64,000 bases of DNA from Lachnospiraceae bacterium (GCA_045580855.1 JAZNOO010000002.1:28896-92895), one strand, 5' to 3'; shown: positions 47,638 through 58,466, numbered from the stretch's first letter. Numbers and translations: made by a program. Notes: generated by a model not told the origin, from the letters alone.

Positions 47638-49443
47638 TTAGTTGTTTTTATTTTTAAGAGCTTGCGGTTGCAATATTACAGAAATAAACAATGGATATAG
47701 TACGATAATCGGGAACATATATCTAAAATTACTTACCGGTCCGATTATAAAAGTTAACCAGACAAATAGCATAATGGTAGCCGGCGCTGTTAGTGTGTAA
47801 TCTTTTCTATAAAGGCATAAGGTAATGTAGAACAGTAAAATCCATATTGGTGTGCTTATAGAAAAAATATTTGATATTAATGGTTTGTCAATAAATTTCT
47901 GGTAAGATGCAATTTCCTCATATTTTTCATAGAGCCAGGGAATTTTAGTTTCTCTTTCTACATTGTAGCCGGAAAGGCTTATATCGGAAATAAAGGTTTC
48001 AATATACATTCGATTTGAATATTCATCAACGGAGCATGCATCCGGATACCAATAGGGCAAGTTCAAATTGAGGAATGCATTTATATATTCATCAGGATAT
48101 TGTAAAAGCAAACGATACCATACTTTAAAGAAGGTTACGCTGTCTTCTTCAAAATATGCATCATTAAACTCTATTTTTACAGGGTCTGCAAAACGAAGAT
48201 TATATATTTGCGGTATTTCGTCGACAGGAAGATATTTACTGATATCCTCGTAATCTTCGGGACTTAATTGTTCGGAATAATGATTTACCACATAAGATAT
48301 TTGTTGAATCGGAACGCTTAATAACTCTCTTTTGTTGCCTTCCTCTATATTTAAAAGAGTGAAAACAGGACTGCTGATAATCCAAAATGTTGCTACAATG
48401 CTTGCGAAACTTATGATTAGTTTTTTGCGTCCTTTTTTTATAGTAAAACAAACGATAACCGCCGACGGAACGAGTGCATATATCATATTGTTTCGGAATA
48501 GGCAACTTAAGGTGCCAAAAACAATAACACGAATAATATTCCAACGAGATTCCTTCAATGTTGCGGTGTTAGAGCTAATCAAATTCAATAATTCGATCAT
48601 AAATAAAACACAAAAAGCGCTATACATCGCATCTTTAGTTGGTATAAAAGAAAAGATTGCGATTACCGGATTGAGTGCAAAAAATAAAAGAGTAGCTAGT
48701 ATAATCCAGTTGTTAAATTTCCTTTTTGCTAAAAAAATAACAACATAAGTAAAAGCAGTTGCAAGAAGCAACATTTGTACAATTGAGTAAAAAACCAGGG
48801 CGTTTATGTTGAGATTTTGTTCTAAAAATAAACAAAATCGCCAAAACAATGTATGAATGGGCGGATGGTATTTCGATAACGGAATAAGTCCCATTGCTTC
48901 TTGATTTTGCGGAATCATATCATAAGCAAATGTGCCGGGATAGTAAGATAAATAACAAGGAATCCATGCGAGAAAGATGAAAGCGATCAAAAAAGGAGGA
49001 TACTTAAAAAGTTTCCAGGTTCTTTTGTTGCTGTGAAGATTAATACGGGATAGATGATGCTCAAATAAAATAAAAATTGAATAAAAAACAAGCGAAAATG
49101 CAAATATATACACGATATTAAAAAATAATTGAGAGGTAGGGAAAAAGAACTTCTCCATTGAGCCGTACAAATAAATAGGGCGTCCGAATATCATAGTAAC
49201 GGACAGTATAAATGATAAAGAAAAGAAGCAAAAAAAGTTCCTTTTAGTTATATATGCATTGCCATAATGCATAATTAAGATGACGCTACCAAAAAGGAAC
49301 CAATTAAGAATGCTTTCAATTCCTAAAAGGTTTCCTGAGAAAAAATAATTACTGATACCTTTTACAAAGAAGAAAGCAGTAATTATGAAAAAAATATATT
49401 TTATAAACCTATTATTTCGGAATGATTTGAATAATTTGCCCAT
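47638..49443 (-). CDS. DUF6020-like polytopic membrane protein (putative GT-C fold), AT-rich
   Basis: YYPGTFAYD, YHPPIHT, TKD, FRNN, FRY motifs. Start moved to the ATG after AAGGAG. Confidence 0.72.
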   Translation of the reverse strand: MGKLFKSFRNNRFIKYIFFIITAFFFVKGISNYFFSGNLLGIESILNWFLFGSVILIMHYGNAYITKRNFFCFFSLSFILSVTMIFGRPIYLYGSMEKFFFPTSQLFFNIVYIFAFSLVFYSIFILFEHHLSRINLHSNKRTWKLFKYPPFLIAFIFLAWIPCYLSYYPGTFAYDMIPQNQEAMGLIPLSKYHPPIHTLFWRFCLFLEQNLNINALVFYSIVQMLLLATAFTYVVIFLAKRKFNNWIILATLLFFALNPVIAIFSFIPTKDAMYSAFCVLFMIELLNLISSNTATLKESRWNIIRVIVFGTLSCLFRNNMIYALVPSAVIVCFTIKKGRKKLIISFASIVATFWIISSPVFTLLNIEEGNKRELLSVPIQQISYVVNHYSEQLSPEDYEDISKYLPVDEIPQIYNLRFADPVKIEFNDAYFEEDSVTFFKVWYRLLLQYPDEYINAFLNLNLPYWYPDACSVDEYSNRMYIETFISDISLSGYNVERETKIPWLYEKYEEIASYQKFIDKPLISNIFSISTPIWILLFYITLCLYRKDYTLTAPATIMLFVWLTFIIGPVSNFRYMFPIIVLYPLFISVILQPQALKNKNN

Positions 49444-49694
49444 AAACAACTCCTTAATAACATAATATAATCATTATATCAAAAATAAATCGTCCTGCAA
49501 TCAAAAGATAAACTTTTACGCGTAAAATGGCGATTACTGTAGAAACGCCCCTAAATATAGTATAAAAAAGAAATGATATCCAAAATAATGTTATGGAAGT
49601 TCTGCTTGGAAAATGGTATAATCATATCATATGGGTCAGTACATATTTTAGAAGGTTATTCATAGAGGACGAAAGATAATATAAGAGGGTTGCC

Positions 49695-51740
49695 ATGTCA
49701 AAGAATGTAAAACTTAAGGGAAGATTTCGTACTTACAAAATAACATTATATGTTATGGGGATTATACTTGCGCTGGTGACGGTGGGGATTTATTTTATCG
49801 ATTACAGAGCGGGTATTATTCTTAATGTGTTTGTCTTGTTATATTTTGGTGGACTTTTGTTTTCGAATTTAAGAAGCAAACAGTTTGTTATCAATGAGTT
49901 GATTAGTTTTGCGACGGAATACGGTCAGGTACAAAGACAGATTCTGCGCGAATTACAGCTTCCGCATGCGCTTTTAGACCAAAGCGGAAAGGTGATTTGG
50001 ACAAATATTGAGTTTGAGAAATTGGTCGATGAAGAGAAGGGGTATCGTAAGTCGATCACAAATCTTTTTCCGTCCATTACGTTGGATAAACTTCCTTTGG
50101 AGGAAGAAGAAACCCAGTATGAAATTTCCTACGGCGAGCGAGATTTCCTTGCACAGATGAAGCGTATCAGCGTCACGGATATGATTCAGAACAGCGAAAT
50201 GATCGAAGTGGAAGATGACCACAGTTTTATCATTGGATTGTACCTGTTTGATGAAACTGCATTGAAGATTGCCTTGCGTGAGAACGATGACCAGAGTCTT
50301 GCGGTTGGTATGATTTATTTGGATAATTATGAAGAAGCGTTGGAAGGCGTGGAAGAAGTGCGTCGTTCCCTTTTGCTTGCTTTGATTGACCGTAAAATTA
50401 ACAAATATGTTGCGTCTGTAGACGGTATTGTGAGAAAGCTTGAGAAGGACAAATATTTGTTGATTCTTCGTAAAAAGGCCGTTACCCAGTTAAAAGAAAA
50501 CAAGTTCGAAATTTTGGAAGATGTTAAAACCGTTAATATCGGAAATGAAATTGCGGTTACTTTGAGTATCGGTATCGGTCTGGGCGGACTTACCTACAGC
50601 CAGAATACTGAGTTTGCCAGAGCTGCAATTGACCTTGCATTAGGTCGAGGCGGTGACCAGGTAGTTGTTAAAATTCCGGGCAATATCCAGTACTTTGGTG
50701 GCAAGAGCCAGCAGGTGGAGAAGAGTACCCGAGTAAAAGCCCGAGTAAAAGCCCAGGCATTGAAAGAAATCATCGAGGCAAAAGACCAGTTATTTGTTAT
50801 GGGACATCGTATGGCGGATGCGGACAGCTTTGGCGCGGCCGTGGGTATTTATACAATAGCGAAGTCTATGCAACGTAAGGCGCACATTGTTATGAATGAT
50901 GTAAATACGTCATTGCGTCCTATGGTTGACTTGTTTATGCAGAGTCCGGATTATGATGAAGATATGATTCTAACCAGCCAGGAAGCGTTGGAGAAGGTTG
51001 GTAATAATGCTGTGCTTGTGGTTGTGGATATTAACAAGCCTTCCATTACGGAATGCCCTGAATTGTTAAAGCATTGTAAGGCAATTGTGGTATTGGATCA
51101 CCACAGACAGGGTGAGGAAACCATTGATAATGCAACGCTTTCGTACGTAGAGCCCTATGCATCATCGGCATGTGAAATGGTTGCGGAGATTTTACAATAT
51201 GTGGAAACCGGCACCAAGATTAAGTCAATGGAAGCAGATTGTCTCTATTCCGGCATTATGATTGATACCAATAATTTTATGACCAAAACCGGTGTGCGTA
51301 CCTTTGAAGCAGCGGCATTCCTGCGTCGTAACGGTGCGGATGTTACCCGTGTTCGTAAGTTGTTCCGCGAGGAAGCTTCTGAGTATATGGCGAAGGCAAA
51401 GACGATTCGTGATACTATGATTTACCGTAATGATTATGCGATTTCAATCTGCGACGGAACCGGATGCGAGAGCCCTACCATCGTTGCGGCACAGGCTGCA
51501 AACGAGTTGCTGAATATTAATGGCGTGAAAGCAAGTTTCGTATTTACAGAATATCAAGGCAAGGTATACTTGAGTGCCCGTTCGATTGATGAATTGAATG
51601 TTCAGATTGTAATGGAGCGTCTTGGCGGCGGCGGTCATATGAATATCGCCGGTGCACAGTTCACTGAAGTTGGCGTGGATGAAGCGGTGAAACGACTTCA
51701 GGAAACTTTGGATGAGATGATTGAGAATAAAGATATATAA
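49695..51740 (+). CDS. gdpP: Cyclic-di-AMP phosphodiesterase (TM-PAS-degenerate GGDEF-DHH-DHHA1)
   Basis: LGRGGDQ, MGH..DADS, LDHHR, SARS, LGGGGH; synteny with rplI and dnaB. Confidence 0.93.
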   Translation: MSKNVKLKGRFRTYKITLYVMGIILALVTVGIYFIDYRAGIILNVFVLLYFGGLLFSNLRSKQFVINELISFATEYGQVQRQILRELQLPHALLDQSGKVIWTNIEFEKLVDEEKGYRKSITNLFPSITLDKLPLEEEETQYEISYGERDFLAQMKRISVTDMIQNSEMIEVEDDHSFIIGLYLFDETALKIALRENDDQSLAVGMIYLDNYEEALEGVEEVRRSLLLALIDRKINKYVASVDGIVRKLEKDKYLLILRKKAVTQLKENKFEILEDVKTVNIGNEIAVTLSIGIGLGGLTYSQNTEFARAAIDLALGRGGDQVVVKIPGNIQYFGGKSQQVEKSTRVKARVKAQALKEIIEAKDQLFVMGHRMADADSFGAAVGIYTIAKSMQRKAHIVMNDVNTSLRPMVDLFMQSPDYDEDMILTSQEALEKVGNNAVLVVVDINKPSITECPELLKHCKAIVVLDHHRQGEETIDNATLSYVEPYASSACEMVAEILQYVETGTKIKSMEADCLYSGIMIDTNNFMTKTGVRTFEAAAFLRRNGADVTRVRKLFREEASEYMAKAKTIRDTMIYRNDYAISICDGTGCESPTIVAAQAANELLNINGVKASFVFTEYQGKVYLSARSIDELNVQIVMERLGGGGHMNIAGAQFTEVGVDEAVKRLQETLDEMIENKDI

Positions 51741-51876
51741 ACTTTACGATAGTGATATGTGATTGTAACAGAAGAGAAACTTTTATTTAACTAAAAGATA
51801 ACTATGATGCGAAATGCAAAAGTGTTACAATTGAGCTACTCACGAAAAGTTCTAAGAATGAAACGGAGAGAAAGAA

Positions 51877-52323
51877 ATGAAAGTAATTTTATTACAGGAT
51901 GTAAAAGCCCTTGGTAAAAAAGGCGATATGGTAGAAGTAAGCGATGGCTACGCAAGAAATTTTATCTTAAAGAAAAAAGTAGGTGTGGAAGCCAACGAAG
52001 CCAATATGAATGATTTGAAATTACAGAAGGCGAACCAGGAAAAGATTGCCAAGGAGCAGTATGAAGCTGCGGTTGCTTTGGGTAAGGAATTGGAAGAAAT
52101 TACCGTGAAAGTGACTGTAAAAGCAGGCGAAGGCGGTAAGGTGTTCGGTGCAGTAACAGCCAAAGAAATATCACAGGAATTGAAAGCGCAGTTCGGCAAG
52201 GATGTAGATAAGAAGAAGATTCAGTTGCAGGATTCAATCAAGAACATCGGAAGTTTTGAAGTTCCTGTTAAACTTCATACGAAAGTTACAGCGAAATTAA
52301 GCGTTAAAGTAGATGCACAGTAA
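51877..52323 (+). CDS. rplI: 50S ribosomal protein L9
   Basis: MKVILLQDVKALGKKG..VSDGYARNF. Confidence 0.98.
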   Translation: MKVILLQDVKALGKKGDMVEVSDGYARNFILKKKVGVEANEANMNDLKLQKANQEKIAKEQYEAAVALGKELEEITVKVTVKAGEGGKVFGAVTAKEISQELKAQFGKDVDKKKIQLQDSIKNIGSFEVPVKLHTKVTAKLSVKVDAQ

Positions 52324-52334
52324 GGGGATATACA

Positions 52335-53666
52335 ATGGATGAAGCAGTAGTCAAGAGAGTATTGCCCCATTCGACGGAAGCAGAGCAATCGGTAATTGCA
52401 GCTATGTTAATGGATGCGGAAGCAATTACGGCAGCGGCTGAAATAATCAGCGGAGAAGATTTTTATAATAAACAATACGGATTGCTTTTTGATACGATTG
52501 TGGAACTGCAGGGAAACACCGGCGGTTCTGTCGATTTGGTGGTTTTACAGAATAGATTAAAAGAAAAAGATGCACCGCCTGAGGTAAGCAGCTTGGAATA
52601 CGTCCGTGACATTATGGACATGGTTTTCACATCGGCCAAGGTTAAGGATCATGCAGAAATTGTACAGCAGAAGGCAGTTCTTCGTAAACTGATTCGTACA
52701 ACGGAACATATTGCGGACACCTGTTATGCAGGGAAAGAAGATGTAGAAAGTATTCTGGAAGAAACCGAGAAGAAGGTTTTTGATATTGTACAGCGTCGAA
52801 ATACCGGTGATTTTGTACCTATTAAGCAGGTTGTTATGAACGCGCTGAATATGATTGAAAAGGCTGCCAAAAACAAAGGTGCGATTACGGGTGTGCCTAC
52901 AGGTTTTACGGATTTGGATTATTCTACGGCCGGATTTCAGCCTTCTGACCTGATTTTGATTGCGGCACGTCCTTCTATGGGTAAAACGGCATTTGCCTTA
53001 AATTTGGCCCTTCACGCGGCGTTAAAGTGCCAGAAATCGGTTGCGGTATTCAGTTTGGAAATGTCCAAGGAACAGTTGGTGAACCGTTTGTTTGCCATGG
53101 AGTCCAAAGTAAATTCCCAGAATCTTCGAACCGGTAAGCTTTCTGATAAAGAATGGGCGCAGTTGGTGGAAGGTGCGTTGGCAGTTGGTGACGCTAAGCT
53201 TATCATCGATGATACGGGTAGTATTAGTATTTCAGAGTTGCGTTCTAAGTGCCGTAAGTTTAAATTAGAACATGGTTTGGATATGATTATGATTGACTAC
53301 TTGCAGTTGATGACAGGTAGCGGTAAATCAGATTCCAGACAGCAGGAAGTATCAGATATTTCACGTTCCTTAAAGGCTCTTGCGAGAGAGTTAAATGTAC
53401 CCGTCATTGCATTGTCGCAGTTGAGCCGTAAAGTGGAAGAAAGACCGGACCATCGTCCGATGATGTCAGACTTGCGTGAATCCGGAGCAATTGAGCAGGA
53501 TGCCGACGTTGTAATGTTCATTTACCGTGATGATTACTATAACAAAGATACGGACAAGCCCGGGGTAGCTGAAATTATTATTGCAAAACAGCGTAACGGC
53601 CCCATTGGCACGATTGAACTGGCATGGTTGCCGGATTATACACAATTCAAGAATCTTGCGAAATAA
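52335..53666 (+). CDS. dnaB: Replicative DNA helicase
   Basis: AARPSMGKT, SLEM, IDYLQL, SQLSR, DLRESGAIEQDAD, KQRNG. No intein. Confidence 0.98.
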   Translation: MDEAVVKRVLPHSTEAEQSVIAAMLMDAEAITAAAEIISGEDFYNKQYGLLFDTIVELQGNTGGSVDLVVLQNRLKEKDAPPEVSSLEYVRDIMDMVFTSAKVKDHAEIVQQKAVLRKLIRTTEHIADTCYAGKEDVESILEETEKKVFDIVQRRNTGDFVPIKQVVMNALNMIEKAAKNKGAITGVPTGFTDLDYSTAGFQPSDLILIAARPSMGKTAFALNLALHAALKCQKSVAVFSLEMSKEQLVNRLFAMESKVNSQNLRTGKLSDKEWAQLVEGALAVGDAKLIIDDTGSISISELRSKCRKFKLEHGLDMIMIDYLQLMTGSGKSDSRQQEVSDISRSLKALARELNVPVIALSQLSRKVEERPDHRPMMSDLRESGAIEQDADVVMFIYRDDYYNKDTDKPGVAEIIIAKQRNGPIGTIELAWLPDYTQFKNLAK

Positions 53667-53685
53667 GCGCATTAAAGTACGAAAG

Positions 53686-53719
53686 AAAAGAACAAATCAT
53701 AAGTGGTTTGTTCTTTTTT
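53686..53719 (+). terminator. Intrinsic terminator
   Basis: AAAAGAACAAATC...GGTTTGTTCTTTTTT. Confidence 0.75.
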
Positions 53720-53822
53720 CATTGCCTAAAATATGAAGATTTAGAAACACTTAAGCATTTATCTAATTTTAAAAAAGAAACATTGCATAAATGGTTTAAA
53801 AGAATCAGAAAGGAGTAATTTT

Positions 53823-54425
53823 ATGGTAGAAACAATGTATTTTATTTCAGAGGCTGCAAAAGAAGTGAAGGTGGAGAATCACGTATTAAGATACTGGGAG
53901 GAGGAGTTAAACCTTCCTGTCAAAAGAAATGAGCAAGGACATCGCTACTACACAAAGGAGGATATTGAGCGTTTTATTTACATTAAGCAGTTGAAAGAAG
54001 AAGGGCTTCAATTAAAGGCAATCAGAAACCTTTTAGAGAAGCAGGGCGTTGTGGATGAGAAGACCATTGATCCGGTTGTCAAAAAGAATGTGTCTCCGCA
54101 ATTGATGATTCTTAATTCCAACAAGTTAAAGCCGAAACGTACTTTTGATGTTGTGGATGAGGACAAGCAGGAGAAGGCATATCGCTTGCAAATGTTGTTA
54201 AAAGCTATGATAGCAGAGGCAGTAAGCGAGAATAACCGTGAATTAGGAAATGATATTAAAGAAATTGTACAGAAAGAGATGGATTATCAGTTTCGAATGC
54301 AGGAGGAGCGGGAAGAAGAACGCGAGAAACAACGTGTAGAACGTGAGAATGCACATTATACCCGCATTGATGAATTATTGCGAGAGAAACTTCCGAATAA
54401 AAGAAAAAAGCATTCACTTTGGTGA
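53823..54425 (+). CDS. MerR-type HTH protein with C-terminal coiled coil (RacA-like architecture)
   Basis: ISEAAKEV..HVLRYWEEEL..RNEQGHRYY; charged coiled-coil tail. Confidence 0.85.
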   Translation: MVETMYFISEAAKEVKVENHVLRYWEEELNLPVKRNEQGHRYYTKEDIERFIYIKQLKEEGLQLKAIRNLLEKQGVVDEKTIDPVVKKNVSPQLMILNSNKLKPKRTFDVVDEDKQEKAYRLQMLLKAMIAEAVSENNRELGNDIKEIVQKEMDYQFRMQEEREEEREKQRVERENAHYTRIDELLREKLPNKRKKHSLW

Positions 54426-54431
54426 ATGCTT
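54408..54431. terminator. Hairpin overlapping the HTH gene stop, probably shared with the convergent ferredoxin
   Basis: AAGCATTCAC-TTTG-GTGAATGCTT. Confidence 0.65.
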
Positions 54432-54455
54432 CCTTCGTTATTAAAATTATAATAA

Positions 54456-54626
54456 TTAACCTTCTGTAATAGCTTCTGCAGGACAAGCATCTGCACAACC
54501 ACCGCAATCGATGCAAGCGTCTGCGTCGATAACATACTTGTCAGCGCCTTCGCTGATAGCTTCTACGGGGCACTGTGCTGCACAAGCACCACAAGATACA
54601 CAAGAATCACCAATTACATATGCCAT
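54456..54626 (-). CDS. fdx: Clostridial 2[4Fe-4S] ferredoxin, not in the ORF track
   Basis: MAYVIGDSCVSCGACAAQCPVEAISEGADKYVIDADACIDCGGCADACPAEAITEG*; RBS AAGGAGG; own promoter TTGATA-N17-TAAAAT. Confidence 0.96.
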   Translation of the reverse strand: MAYVIGDSCVSCGACAAQCPVEAISEGADKYVIDADACIDCGGCADACPAEAITEG

Positions 54627-54761
54627 GTTAAAACCCTCCTTGAATAGTACGAATATGCTTACATAGTTAAGCCTATAGTTATTTTAATACAAATATTTTT
54701 GAATATCAAGTGGTTATAAACAACCTGACACTGATATATTTAAAATATTTAATAAAAACAG

Positions 54762-55514
54762 TTAATTATTCTGTTTTGTTTCACTAATTGCACGCAAAAC
54801 AATCGGTTTTTTCTCTAAAACAAGGTTTTTATCTGCTGCAGGAACACCTTCTAAAGGATAAGGAATACCTAACTTCTCATATTTGGGAATGCCCATTGTA
54901 TGATAAGGAAGAATGTCCAAAGCGTGAAGAGTGGTTAATTCGCCTAAAAATGCACCCAATCGGTACAAGTCTTCGTTGTCGTCCGTAACACCGGGGACTA
55001 AAACGTGGCGTACCCACAAATCCTTGCCCTTGTCGGATAAATATCTGGCAAACGCGAGAATATTTTCGTTAGAGTGGGCAGTGAGCTTGCGATGCTTCTC
55101 GTTGTCGATGTGCTTTAAGTCAAGCATAATTAAGTCTGTGACTTTTAAGAGGGCATCTAATTTCTTTACCCATTCCGGATTGTTCGGATTGTGGCAAATA
55201 CCTGAAGTATCAAGGCAGGTATGAATGCCGTTTTCGTGAAATTTTGTAAAAAGTTCGATTAAAAAATCAATCTGCATCAAGGGTTCGCCACCGGTAGCGG
55301 TTACTCCACCATTGCCATAGAATGCTTTGTTACGTTCAAAACGTTCCCAAAGCTTATCAACAGAATACTGTTCCCCTTCGCCGGGGGTCCAGGTATCCGG
55401 ATTGTGGCAATATGCGCATCGCATGGGGCATCCTTGGAAGAATATTACAAATCGAACCCCCGGGCCGTCAACGGCACCGAAGGTTTCGATTGAGTGAATA
55501 TATCCTTTATTCAT
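54762..55514 (-). CDS. pflA: Pyruvate formate-lyase activating enzyme
   Basis: GAVDGPGVR, GCPMRCAYCHNPDT, GGEP. Confidence 0.96.
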   Translation of the reverse strand: MNKGYIHSIETFGAVDGPGVRFVIFFQGCPMRCAYCHNPDTWTPGEGEQYSVDKLWERFERNKAFYGNGGVTATGGEPLMQIDFLIELFTKFHENGIHTCLDTSGICHNPNNPEWVKKLDALLKVTDLIMLDLKHIDNEKHRKLTAHSNENILAFARYLSDKGKDLWVRHVLVPGVTDDNEDLYRLGAFLGELTTLHALDILPYHTMGIPKYEKLGIPYPLEGVPAADKNLVLEKKPIVLRAISETKQNN

Positions 55515-55521
55515 TTAGTTC

Positions 55522-57834
55522 TTATAAAGACTCGTGGAATGTTCTGGAGATAACATCCATCTGCTGTTCACGAGTAAGTTTGATAAAGTTTACTGCGTAA
55601 CCGGATACACGGATTGTAAGCTGAGGATAGTTCTCAGGATGTTCCATAGCATCCATTAATGTTTCGCGGTTAAATACGTTAACGTTTAAGTGGTGTCCGC
55701 CCTTTTGTACGTAACCGTCCAAGAGAGAAACTAAGTTGTCTACCTGGAATGAGTCGGAACCGTCAACGCAAATGCTGTCTCCGCATCCGCAATCGCCACA
55801 GATTTCTGCATCGATATTGTCAGAGAAGAGATCGCTGTTCTTACCAAGTGCATTAGGAATGATACTGAAGGTATTTGAGATACCGTCCTGTGCATCAAGG
55901 AAAGGTAATTTAGCAACAGAAGCAAGTGAAGCGACAGCACCGCTTGTATCTCTTCCGTGCATGGGGTTAGCACCGGGAGCGAAAGGAACACCGGCCTTAC
56001 GTCCGTCAGGTGTAGCACCTGTATTCTTACCATATACTACGTTAGAAGTAATGGTTAATACAGAAGTTGTAGGGAAACCATCACGATATGTGTGGTGGCT
56101 ACGTACATAGTTCATAAATGTAGTAACGATTTCCTGTGCAATAGAGTCTACACGGTCATCATCATTACCGTATTTAGGGAATTCGCCTTCTACATTGTAA
56201 TCTACGATAATACCGTTTTCATCACGAACTGCTGTAACCTTAGCGTACTTAATAGCTGAAAGTGAGTCAGCAACTACAGAAAGTCCGGCAATACCTGTTG
56301 CAAAGTAACGTCTTACATCTCTGTCATGAAGAGCCATCTGTGCACGTTCGTAGCAGTACTTGTCATGCATATAGTGGATACAGTTCAAAGTATCTACGTA
56401 AACGCCTGCCAACCAAGACATCATTTCTTTGTAAAGTTCCATTACCTTGTCGTATTCTAAAACATCGCCTTCGTAAGCCTTGAAGTTCTTAGGAGCAACC
56501 TGTTTCTTAGTATTCTCATCAACACCACCGTTTAATGAGTAAAGGAGACATTTTGCAAGGTTTGCTCTTGCGCCGAAGAACTGCATTTCCTTACCAACAC
56601 GCATTGAAGATACACAACATGCGATAGCGTAGTCATCACCATGTGTTTTACGCATCATATCGTCGTTTTCATACTGGATAGCAGAAGTAATGATAGAAAT
56701 CTTAGCACAGTACTTCTTGAAACCTTCCGGTAACAATTCAGACCAGAGAACTGTTAAGTTGGGCTCGGGAGCGGGTCCTAAGTTCTCTAAAGTATGGAGA
56801 TAACGGAAAGACATCTTAGTTGCCATATGTCTTCCGTCAAGGCCTGCACCGGCTAATGATTCAGTAGCCCATACGGGGTCACCTGAGAATAAGCTGTTGT
56901 ATTCAGGTGTTCTTGCAAATTTAACAAGACGTAACTTCATAATGAAGTGGTCAACGAATTCCTGAATCTGTTCTTCTGTGAATGTACCGTTTGCTAAGTC
57001 TCTCTGTGCATAAATATCAAGGAATGTAGATGTACGTCCGATACTCATAGCAGCACCGTTCTGTTCCTTGATTGCAGCAAGGTAACCAAAGTATACACCC
57101 TGGATAGCTTCCTGTACGTTTGTTGCAGGATTTGAAATGTCACATCCGTAAGATGCAGCCATTTTCTTCATATCTTCCAAAGCACGGATCTGCTCTGAAA
57201 TTTCTTCACGAAGACGGATTACGTCATCAGTCATGGGACGAACCAAGGAAGCCTTCTGAGCCTGCTTGTCTTCGATCAAACGGTCAATACCGTAAAGAGC
57301 AATTCTTCTGTAGTCACCGATGATACGTCCACGTCCGTAAGCATCAGGAAGACCTGTAATAATGTGGTTAGAACGGCACGCACGCATTTCGGGTGTGTAA
57401 GCATCAAATACACCTGCGTTATGTGTCTTTCTGTAGGTTGTGTAGAAGTCCTGTACTTCAGGGTCTAATGTATAACCGTTATCAGCGCAAGCCTTCTCAG
57501 CCATACGAACACCGCCGAATACGTGTAAACCACGCTTGAAGGGCTTGTCTGTCTGGAAACCTACGATAGTTTCTTTGTCTTTATTTAAGTATCCGGGGCC
57601 ATGGGAAACGATTGTAGAAACAACCTTAGTGTCCATATCAAGAACACCGCCTGCTTCTCTTTCCTGCTTAGTGAGGTCTAATACCTGATCCCATAAGTCC
57701 TTTGTATTCTGTGTTGCGTCAGCAAGGAATGACTCATCTCCGTCGTAGGGTTCATAGTTGGCCTGAATGAAGTCCCTAACATTGATTTCGTTTTGCCATA
57801 ACTCGCCTTTAAAACTTGTCCATTCTTCTCTCAA
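55522..57834 (-). CDS. pflB: Pyruvate formate-lyase with a Cys-rich insertion before the glycyl-radical domain
   Basis: [44 protein letters not shown] start after AGGAGG. Confidence 0.97.
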   Translation of the reverse strand: MREEWTSFKGELWQNEINVRDFIQANYEPYDGDESFLADATQNTKDLWDQVLDLTKQEREAGGVLDMDTKVVSTIVSHGPGYLNKDKETIVGFQTDKPFKRGLHVFGGVRMAEKACADNGYTLDPEVQDFYTTYRKTHNAGVFDAYTPEMRACRSNHIITGLPDAYGRGRIIGDYRRIALYGIDRLIEDKQAQKASLVRPMTDDVIRLREEISEQIRALEDMKKMAASYGCDISNPATNVQEAIQGVYFGYLAAIKEQNGAAMSIGRTSTFLDIYAQRDLANGTFTEEQIQEFVDHFIMKLRLVKFARTPEYNSLFSGDPVWATESLAGAGLDGRHMATKMSFRYLHTLENLGPAPEPNLTVLWSELLPEGFKKYCAKISIITSAIQYENDDMMRKTHGDDYAIACCVSSMRVGKEMQFFGARANLAKCLLYSLNGGVDENTKKQVAPKNFKAYEGDVLEYDKVMELYKEMMSWLAGVYVDTLNCIHYMHDKYCYERAQMALHDRDVRRYFATGIAGLSVVADSLSAIKYAKVTAVRDENGIIVDYNVEGEFPKYGNDDDRVDSIAQEIVTTFMNYVRSHHTYRDGFPTTSVLTITSNVVYGKNTGATPDGRKAGVPFAPGANPMHGRDTSGAVASLASVAKLPFLDAQDGISNTFSIIPNALGKNSDLFSDNIDAEICGDCGCGDSICVDGSDSFQVDNLVSLLDGYVQKGGHHLNVNVFNRETLMDAMEHPENYPQLTIRVSGYAVNFIKLTREQQMDVISRTFHESL

Positions 57835-57890
57835 TGTTTTATCCTCCTATATATTATTTAAAAAATATTGTTTATTAAAGACTATCAATA

Positions 57891-57919
57891 ATTGTACTCC
57901 TCTAAACCATTATAGTCAA
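57891..57919 (-). promoter_or_regulatory. Sigma-A promoter of pflB
   Basis: TTGACT-N17-TACAAT on the minus strand. Confidence 0.7.
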
Positions 57920-58118
57920 GTAAAAAGGGCAGATAAAATTCATAAAAATAAAGGAAGAATAAGGATTTTTTCGCTTTTATAATGGGAAGATTTTGGCATT
58001 GGAATAAAACGGAAAATGTAGTGAAATCTTTTATGATTTCCGCAAGTTTATCTTGCACATTCGGACAAACTGTTTTAGAATAAAAAAGCAGAAAGCTAAG
58101 GAAAGTGAGGATTGTAAA

Positions 58119-58310
58119 ATGGCTGAATTTAACAAAGATATGACAATCGGTGAAATGTTAAGAGCGAATCCCGGTGTTGCACCTGTACTTATGAGCGCAG
58201 GAATGCACTGCATCGGCTGTCCTTCCGCACAGGGCGAAACTCTTGAGGAAGCAGCTATGGTTCACGGCATGGACGTGGATGCATTGCTCGAAGCATTGAA
58301 TCAGTTATAA
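58119..58310 (+). CDS. DUF1858 domain protein (hybrid-cluster-associated redox disulfide domain)
   Basis: [39 protein letters not shown]; promoter TTGCAC-N17-TAGAAT. Confidence 0.9.
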   Translation: MAEFNKDMTIGEMLRANPGVAPVLMSAGMHCIGCPSAQGETLEEAAMVHGMDVDALLEALNQL

Positions 58311-58333
58311 AATAGTATAAATTTTTCCAAAAT

Positions 58334-58367
58334 AAAACGCTTACATCAGATGGTGTAAGCGTTTTTT
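58334..58367. terminator. Bidirectional terminator
   Basis: AAAACGCTTACATC-AGAT-GGTGTAAGCGTTTTTT. Confidence 0.85.
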
Positions 58368-58466
58368 ATTTTACATTTTTTAATTATAAAATTTAACTGT
58401 AAGAGATTCTTAAATCATAAGAGATTCTCAAATCATAAAAATCCTTAATTCGTAAGGGCAAAAGCT

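Noticed and set aside
57835-58118. ZMP/ZTP (pfl) riboswitch or Rex box upstream of pflB
   Set aside because: The leader is short and AT-rich with no GACTGGCG/GCCTGGGC core, and only a poor half-match to the Rex palindrome.
58400-58450. 18-bp tandem repeat TAAGAGATTCTYAAATCA as a CRISPR remnant
   Set aside because: Two adjacent copies with no spacers and no cas genes; a simple local duplication.
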